A stretch of DNA of 64,000 nt from Chitinophagaceae bacterium. Its GTDB lineage: Bacteria; Bacteroidota; Bacteroidia; Chitinophagales; REEL01. Both the position numbers and the translations under genes were made by a program. The stretch spans positions 44,551-108,550 of the forward strand of contig REEL01000088.1 in the NCBI GenBank assembly GCA_007695095.1, written 5' to 3'. Below the pieces are notes generated by a model. It made no database searches. It had not been told where the DNA came from and saw only the letters and a list, made by a program, of their open reading frames with translations. The first letter of the stretch is position 1; each line of letters starts with the position of its first letter. Of the stretch, positions 19,401 through 24,565 are shown piece after piece.

Positions 19401-20366
19401 AGCACAGAAAATATTAGTTGCCATGGAAATGCAGACGGCTCTGCCTCAGTGAGTGTTACAGAGGGTGTAGCCCCTTATCAATATTTCTGGTCAAACGGTG
19501 ACACAACAGAAACTACAGAAAATCTTAATCCGGGTAGCTATCAGATAGAAGTAACTGATGCGAATCAATGCGTTGCATCACTTTCTTTCGATATAGAAGA
19601 GCCGGATTCTTTAATGTTATTTTCAACGATAACAGAACCAGGCTGCTATGAATTTTCAGATGGACTTATTGAAACGGAAATATCCGGAGGCACTCAACCA
19701 TACCAATATGGATGGAGTGGATTTCCTGATGTTAATGAAGCGAACTTAACAAATATACCTGCCGGAAATTATGAATTAGTCGTTACTGACTCAAAGAATT
19801 GTGAGATAACTAGTGATTTCATACTTAACTCACCACTTCCGGGTGAAGCAGCTATAGATGCATCTGCCAGTTCTATTGTACAGTATGACTCTATTGAGTT
19901 AACAGCTTTAGCATTATCAGGTCTTACACCTCCTTTACAGTATTCATGGGAACCTTCATCAATTTTAGATTGTGATGACTGCCCTGTTACAGGCTCCGCT
20001 CCTATGATTGATACAGATTTTATAGTTACAATTACAGATAGCGAAGGTTGTTCTGCTTCTGCTTCAGTATTTATTGAAGTTGAAGAATTGATAACTTCTG
20101 TGTATATACCCAATGCTTTTAGTCCGAATGGAGATGGGGTAAATGACGTATTTGAAGTTTACGGCAATGGTATCAAAGACTTAACCTTAAGAGTACATGA
20201 CAGATGGGGCGTAATGGTATTTGAATCAAGTGGAGTAAACTCATCATGGGATGGGACTTTTAATGGTAGAAAATTACCGGTTGGAGTATATGTTTATACT
20301 GCCACAATTATTTTTGATGATAATAAAATGAAAACAAAAACCGGAAGCATAACTATTGTCAAATAA
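16404..20366 (+). CDS. Giant surface adhesin: jelly-roll-like N-domain, proprotein-convertase P-domain, 8 SprB-type repeats, T9SS type B (gliding-motility-associated, CHU_C) C-terminal domain
   Basis: 1320 aa.
- P-domain pattern LTVSLVCPDGVELLL...GLWQLQVV...NNWSITF (~17318-17760).
- Eight ~78-aa repeats of the form C..NDG.I......GG.....YSID.G..FQ........L..G.Y (~17940-19840).
- C-terminus YIPNAFSPNGDGVNDVFEV...WDGTFNGRKLPVGVYVY (~20098-20363). Confidence 0.9.
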   Translation: MDFKKNIKISFFITVIFFFLNSSSLFAQCSVEIFASSDSITCGDSIVLTAYGNTGNFVLNNDFNDGTVGTGWSSTSSAMFTNPCGFALDSATYLWFGDSTPHPRSLTTVALDLSLGGNICFDLKFGTQGDPDPCEGPDEPDEGVILEYSIDGGNTWEPIHYFHPDGGYNPVLTQWNNYCFNIPFDAMTPNTLVRWEQISTSGAAFDHWGLNNIEIVLIDPDYFYVWDHDGTLGQETSILQPMNDTSFTVFLTNNINDTCSATINIDVSPPEFITSIAPTDTSTCPGDCVEINASAEILVSPESQPTFTNNYTQVVSGFFGNPVTETVPMAVGGLNMTTIEPGSIESVCFYIQNANHLTVSLVCPDGVELLLTESATGGSFGDSTGNVSCFTLDATQTISQDSPHYTGNYLPDNNGSLDDLVGCSAEGLWQLQVVSTHPLLGIHMLNNWSITFNDPEIIIPALFHWEPTTNMTGSSNLTPTVCPTQGTTYTLYVYDAHGCDTTSLDFTVNIDPSCCDIEIDDIIVEDPACNVNDGTITINTSGGNGPNEYSIDNGTTFQSNNTFTGLSAGVYEVLARDADLCFTSVDTVVLNIPDVPEIQLNQLAHTTCDFENGLIEISSTGGTGNIEYSIDFGITFQNDPLFQDLNAGNYILIAQDDESCLSDTLQVEILPSTSPDLQIDDISHPTCLLNDGQTIVSTTSGSGNVEYSIDNGVSFQSNNIFDNLAPGSFEIFAIDDDNCSSDTLSFTLNAPVSPEIVVDTLIQPSCGLNDGEISVFAINGTEPYSFLWSDGQSSSIVTGLGSGNHTVIVTDSLFCSDTLDISLTDFNQPVVNDINLEVIETPCGLAEGEITGITVSGSSPFLFEWVDSLGNTVSSSSNNADVIDLEKGLYTLFITDDEGCETVYGPVQLEDMGLPFITDTVVLQPQSCENPDGFISVDVSGGTGDYTYIWSHDANLNAPQAENLSSGSYSVTIEDVGGSDCSVEKTFSLSNANDVVIELSTENISCHGNADGSASVSVTEGVAPYQYFWSNGDTTETTENLNPGSYQIEVTDANQCVASLSFDIEEPDSLMLFSTITEPGCYEFSDGLIETEISGGTQPYQYGWSGFPDVNEANLTNIPAGNYELVVTDSKNCEITSDFILNSPLPGEAAIDASASSIVQYDSIELTALALSGLTPPLQYSWEPSSILDCDDCPVTGSAPMIDTDFIVTITDSEGCSASASVFIEVEELITSVYIPNAFSPNGDGVNDVFEVYGNGIKDLTLRVHDRWGVMVFESSGVNSSWDGTFNGRKLPVGVYVYTATIIFDDNKMKTKTGSITIVK

Positions 20367-20450
20367 CTAAAGAATTTATAAAAAAAATTGACATTTTAAA
20401 ACTAAAGTAATATCATACTCAATAACAAAAAAATATAAAAATTTACCAAT

Positions 20451-20735
20451 ATGAATGTATTAAAAATTTCGTTTTTCTTAGCAATACTTTCAATAGTAAG
20501 TATAAATCTGCAGGCTCAGGATGGAGTAGCTATTAACAATGATGGTACGCCTCCACACCCTTCTGCAATTGTTGATGTCTCATCAGACAGTAAAGGGTTT
20601 TTACCTCCCCGCTTAACATCTGCGGAAAGGGATGCAATTACACCGCCGGTAGAAGGCTTAATTATTTTTAATGAAGACTCAGAATGTATAAATTTCTACA
20701 ATGGAAATACCTGGCGGGAAGTATGTCAGAATTAA
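20451..20735 (+). CDS. Small secreted protein consisting only of a signal peptide plus the shared N-terminal module
   Basis: 94 aa. GVAINNDGTPPHPSAIVDVSSDSKGFLPPRLTSAERDAITPPVEGLIIFNEDSECINFYNGNTWREVC aligns with the N-termini of 11648-12574, 20770-22128 and 22168-23514. Confidence 0.7.
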   Translation: MNVLKISFFLAILSIVSINLQAQDGVAINNDGTPPHPSAIVDVSSDSKGFLPPRLTSAERDAITPPVEGLIIFNEDSECINFYNGNTWREVCQN

Positions 20736-20769
20736 TCATTCAATTAATTAGTAATAAATAAAAAACATT

Positions 20770-22128
20770 ATGAAAAGAATAAACACCATACTCCTTATTA
20801 TACTTGCAACCGGTCTTTTTTACGAGGCTGCTGCGCAATCAGGAATTTCAATAAATATAAGTGGAGACCCTGCTGATAACTCGGCAATGTTAGATATTAA
20901 TTCTGATAGTAAAGGATTTCTACCACCTAGAATGACTACTCAGGAAAGAGATCAGATTAGTAATCCCTCTCCCGGTCTATTAATTTACAATACAACTACA
21001 AACTGTATAAATGTATTTAACTCTCCGGCTTGGCATGAGATGTGCGGAGAGTGTACGCCATATCCTCCTACGGCTGATGCCGGCAGTGATCAGATACTAA
21101 TGGATACCACAGCAACTACTTTAGCTGCAAATGGGCAAGGTAGTCCGGCATATGGTATTTGGACTATAATTTCTTCTACCGGTGGTTCATATAGTTTCAG
21201 TGATGAAAATGATCCGGAGGCCATATTTACCGGCACAGAAGGTAATACATATCTATTAGAGTGGGAATTAAGCACAGCTTGTGACACTACTTCCGATCAG
21301 GTTGAAATAAGCTTTTTATTAGGAAGTGTTGAAATCCCGGGAAATGCTTTTTGCCAAGGAGCCCCTATTTCAGCCACGCCTTGTTCCAGTGTACCCGGTG
21401 CTGTTTTAAATGACGACCCCTCTACACCTTTAGGTATAGAATATGATTGGGCTGTTGCAACTGACACTACGCATGGAGTAGGATTTGGTGCAACGACAGG
21501 CACCCGTGCTCTAGTTGAGATAGGCGGACAATGCTGGGCAAGATACAATGCTAATATTATTCCTCCTGACCCTGCTTTTGCCAATCCAAATCCGGGAGTT
21601 TCCGGAGATGTTGGATGGCATGGATATTGGGATTATTCAGCAACAGAAAATTTTCCCAATGAAGGCAGATTATACCAATGGAGTGCCGCTATGAATGGTT
21701 CAACTGATGAAAGAGCTCAGGGAGTTTGCCCGGACGGTTGGCATATTCCTTCTGATTGCGAATGGATGTACCTTGAAAATACTCTCGGTATGAGTACTGC
21801 AGATCAACAAGTTGCAAATGCATGGAGATATAGTGGCGATGTTGGGTTTAAACTTTCAGATGACACTCCTCTTGGAACAAACAGTTCCGGATTTACAGCA
21901 TTAATGACCGGATTTCGTCAAACGACTCAATGCTATGCATGGAGTCCTTGTAATATGTCTAACAATCAAAATATAACACATTTCTGGACATCAAATGAAA
22001 ATCCGGCTAATCTGGCCCGGGCATCCAGACGTAATTTACACAATGGTAACACACTCCAAAATGCCGTTCATCGTCGGGTTAGCGAAACAAAAGCTCATGG
22101 ATTTAGTGTTCGATGTCTTAAGGATTAA
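20770..22128 (+). CDS. Secreted protein: shared N-module, Ig-like linker domain and FISUMP domain (tandem paralog A)
   Basis: 452 aa. N-module SAMLDINSDSKGFLPPRMTTQERDQISNPSPGLLIYN. FISUMP hallmarks GGQCWARYN, GRLYQWSAAM, CPDGWHIPSDCEW, GFTALMTGFR, HFWTSNE and SVRCLKD. Confidence 0.88.
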   Translation: MKRINTILLIILATGLFYEAAAQSGISINISGDPADNSAMLDINSDSKGFLPPRMTTQERDQISNPSPGLLIYNTTTNCINVFNSPAWHEMCGECTPYPPTADAGSDQILMDTTATTLAANGQGSPAYGIWTIISSTGGSYSFSDENDPEAIFTGTEGNTYLLEWELSTACDTTSDQVEISFLLGSVEIPGNAFCQGAPISATPCSSVPGAVLNDDPSTPLGIEYDWAVATDTTHGVGFGATTGTRALVEIGGQCWARYNANIIPPDPAFANPNPGVSGDVGWHGYWDYSATENFPNEGRLYQWSAAMNGSTDERAQGVCPDGWHIPSDCEWMYLENTLGMSTADQQVANAWRYSGDVGFKLSDDTPLGTNSSGFTALMTGFRQTTQCYAWSPCNMSNNQNITHFWTSNENPANLARASRRNLHNGNTLQNAVHRRVSETKAHGFSVRCLKD

Positions 22129-22167
22129 GATTTTATAATTTTTAGCAATCAATCAAAAACATACATC

Positions 22168-23514
22168 ATGAAAATATTCAAATATAACTTTTTAATCATA
22201 GCCTTAATGATTTTTCAAAATCAGGTTTTTGCTCAGCAGGAAGGCGTTTCCATCAATGAGGATGGAGCTATTCCTCATGAATCGGCAATACTTGATATTA
22301 AATCTGACAACAGGGGTTTTTTACCTCCCAGAATGACTGAAGCTCAAAGGAATATGATTAGCGCACCTGCCAGAGGCTTAGTGATTTTCAACACAACTAC
22401 TAATTGTACAAACATTTATAGCTCTTCAGGCTGGTATGAAATCTGTGGTGATTGTACCCCTCTCCCACCTGATGCAGATGCAGGTCCTAATCAGCAATAT
22501 GTACCCGGAACTTCCTTTACTTTAGATGGAAATAATCCCGGAAGCGGATTTACCGGAACATGGTCAGTCCCTTGGTCTTTTGGTAATCCTTTTTCATTTG
22601 ATGATGTTAATGATCCCAATACAGTTTTTTATGGTGAACCCGGGACTTCATATTCTTTACAATGGGAAATTTCAAACGCATGTGGTAGTACGACAGACTT
22701 TGTGACAATAAGTTTTGATTATGACACAAATGTAGTTTGTGGTGGTGCTATAGTTTCTACAACACCTTGTTCAGATGTGCCGGGTGCTGTTCTTAATGAC
22801 GATCCCTCAACTCCACTTGGGATAGAATATGACTGGGCTGATGCAACTAGTGATGTGCACGGAGTAGGATTTGGTGCAACTACCGGCACTCGTGCTTTAG
22901 TTGAAATTGCCGGGCAATGCTGGGCAAGATTTAATTCAAATATTTTTCCTACTGATTCTGCTTTTGCTTCTCCAAGTGACCATGATCTTGGTTCAGATGT
23001 AGGCTGGCATGGATACTGGGATTATTCAACTACGGAAAACTTCCCAAATGAAGGTAGATTGTACCAATGGAGTGCAGCAATGAATGGAGAAACTACTGAA
23101 AAAGCACAAGGCGTTTGCCCGGATGGATGGCATATTCCTACTGATTGTGAATGGATGTATCTGGAAGATGCACTAGGCATGAGCATTGGACATCAAATAC
23201 AAGAAAACAACTGGCGTCACAGTGGTGAGGTTGGCTTGAAACTTTCTGATGACTCACCGAATGGATTAAACAGCACCGGATTTACTGCTCTAATGACAGG
23301 ATTTAGGTTAACAGTAGGTTGTGGTTCGACTTTCCCATGTAATATGGCTGATCAAAATACAACCCGCTATTGGACTTCTACTGAAAATCCAAGTAACTCA
23401 AATCAAGCTGTAAGGCGTGGTCTGCATCAGGGAACTACACTTCAGGATGCTGTATATAGAAGAGTTGGAGAGACTAAAGGTCACGGATTAAGTGTTCGTT
23501 GCCTTAAAGATTAA
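22168..23514 (+). CDS. Secreted protein: shared N-module, Ig-like linker domain and FISUMP domain (tandem paralog B)
   Basis: 448 aa, colinear with 20770-22128. Near-identical blocks include PGAVLNDDPSTPLGIEYDW, HGVGFGATTGTRALVEI, GRLYQWSAAMNG, QGVCPDGWHIP and SVRCLKD. Confidence 0.88.
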   Translation: MKIFKYNFLIIALMIFQNQVFAQQEGVSINEDGAIPHESAILDIKSDNRGFLPPRMTEAQRNMISAPARGLVIFNTTTNCTNIYSSSGWYEICGDCTPLPPDADAGPNQQYVPGTSFTLDGNNPGSGFTGTWSVPWSFGNPFSFDDVNDPNTVFYGEPGTSYSLQWEISNACGSTTDFVTISFDYDTNVVCGGAIVSTTPCSDVPGAVLNDDPSTPLGIEYDWADATSDVHGVGFGATTGTRALVEIAGQCWARFNSNIFPTDSAFASPSDHDLGSDVGWHGYWDYSTTENFPNEGRLYQWSAAMNGETTEKAQGVCPDGWHIPTDCEWMYLEDALGMSIGHQIQENNWRHSGEVGLKLSDDSPNGLNSTGFTALMTGFRLTVGCGSTFPCNMADQNTTRYWTSTENPSNSNQAVRRGLHQGTTLQDAVYRRVGETKGHGLSVRCLKD

Positions 23515-23690
23515 AATTTGATTAATGTTTCTATTTGCTTTGCTGATTCTACATATCTTATCGTTACCGGCAATATCATCAATATTTTCTTTTGTGTTAT
23601 AAAAATATCATTCAACTGCTCCGGTGTTATACTCAACTTTTGTGTCGACTTTACTTTTTTTCCGGATAAAGAGTTGGTATAAGTATTCAT
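23511..23690 (-). CDS. Possible 59-aa ORF (below the track cutoff), function unknown
   Basis: Manual translation gives MNTYTNSLSGKKVKSTQKLSITPEQLNDIFITQKKILMILPVTIRYVESAKQIETLIKF. The ATG at 23690 lies 55 nt downstream of the 112-aa gene on the same strand. Its stop overlaps the stop of 22168-23514 on the other strand. No homology recognised. Confidence 0.25.
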   Translation of the reverse strand: MNTYTNSLSGKKVKSTQKLSITPEQLNDIFITQKKILMILPVTIRYVESAKQIETLIKF

Positions 23691-23745
23691 GACTTTATTG
23701 CATTATGTAAAAAACAGTTTTACATTTTATAAAAAAATAATTTAA

Positions 23746-24084
23746 TTAAAGCGGAAGATAAACCATATCCAGATTAGATAAATCATCATTATTAATATCC
23801 TGATTTGTTTTCTTAATATTCTTTTTGTTATCGTCATTAATATCCTTTAAAGGCTGCTTTGATTTACCCTTATCAGAATCAACAGAATCATTTTGATTTT
23901 CATTTAAGTCTTCATTACCGCGAATTGGTCGACTTTTATCTTCTTTTTTTACTTTTGGGTTAGGTTCTCCAATGTATGGTACATCTTCAATTTCCGGCTT
24001 TTTATCAGGCTCTGTTTTTGGTTTGTCCGTCTTCTTATCAAAGTTATCTGCTGGCAGATTTGTGTTTTGCTTTTGTGTTCCCAT
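23746..24084 (-). CDS. Highly charged, low-complexity (Lys/Asp/Asn/Glu/Pro-rich) protein, probably intrinsically disordered
   Basis: 112 aa with no hydrophobic core visible (KTDKPKTEPDKKPEIED..., KDINDDNKKNIKKTNQDINNDD). Only the last ~10 residues are hydrophobic (LSNLDMVYLPL). Confidence 0.5.
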   Translation of the reverse strand: MGTQKQNTNLPADNFDKKTDKPKTEPDKKPEIEDVPYIGEPNPKVKKEDKSRPIRGNEDLNENQNDSVDSDKGKSKQPLKDINDDNKKNIKKTNQDINNDDLSNLDMVYLPL

Positions 24085-24209
24085 AATTATTTTTTTTAAA
24101 ATATATTAATAACAATAAAGTTAGTTTTCAACCAATTTAATATCGTTACAATATTTCAGAAAATAATTGCAAATTTTTCATGCAAGCTATCTCATTATGC
24201 TCCAAGTAT

Positions 24210-24490
24210 GACTCACCCTGTCTCTCTATTACTAATGAGGGATTTGTGGTTTGTCTCTGAATTGGAATGACTGTTTTTGTCAGAAAATGGGCCGAGAACA
24301 GCCTCACACCATACCGTCATTGTGGGCTTCAAGAGGGAAGCTGAGCGGGCATGCTTGAAATGTGACAATCTCCTGATTGGGGCAGGGGGTTCAAAATTTC
24401 TTTTTAAGCCTTTTAATAATTTAATGAAAAAGAAAAGCCCTCCTACTAACTGTCATGCTGACGTCAGGAAACATGACAGAAAGAGCCGAA
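24210..24490. repeat. GC-richer intergenic repeat block with an 8-bp-stem hairpin and the 48-nt element shared with 1268-1315
   Basis: 24427-24474 reads AAAAAGAAAAGCC-N10-CTGTCATGCTGACGTCAGGAAACAT. The stem CTGTCATG (24450-24457) pairs with CATGACAG (24472-24479). The block is visibly GC-richer than its surroundings. Track ORF 24277-24564 lies inside it. Confidence 0.65.
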
Positions 24491-24565
24491 TACACAATTA
24501 TTACATAAATCTTTTAAAAAAAAGAGCTTTGAGAAATTTTCCCAAAGCTCTTGTAAATATATAGC

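Noticed and set aside
20770-23514. Possibility that the near-identical blocks of the two FISUMP genes are a diversity-generating retroelement template/variable repeat pair (FISUMP is a C-type-lectin-like fold, a common DGR target)
   Set aside because: There is no reverse transcriptase gene in the window. Differences between the blocks involve all base types and are mostly third-position synonymous changes rather than adenine-specific ones. The C-terminal ends are not the most variable part.
24277-24564. Track ORF of 95 aa starting at a TTG
   Set aside because: It coincides with the GC-rich repeat block and the shared 48-nt hairpin element. It has no recognisable protein features and is most likely a by-product of the repeat.
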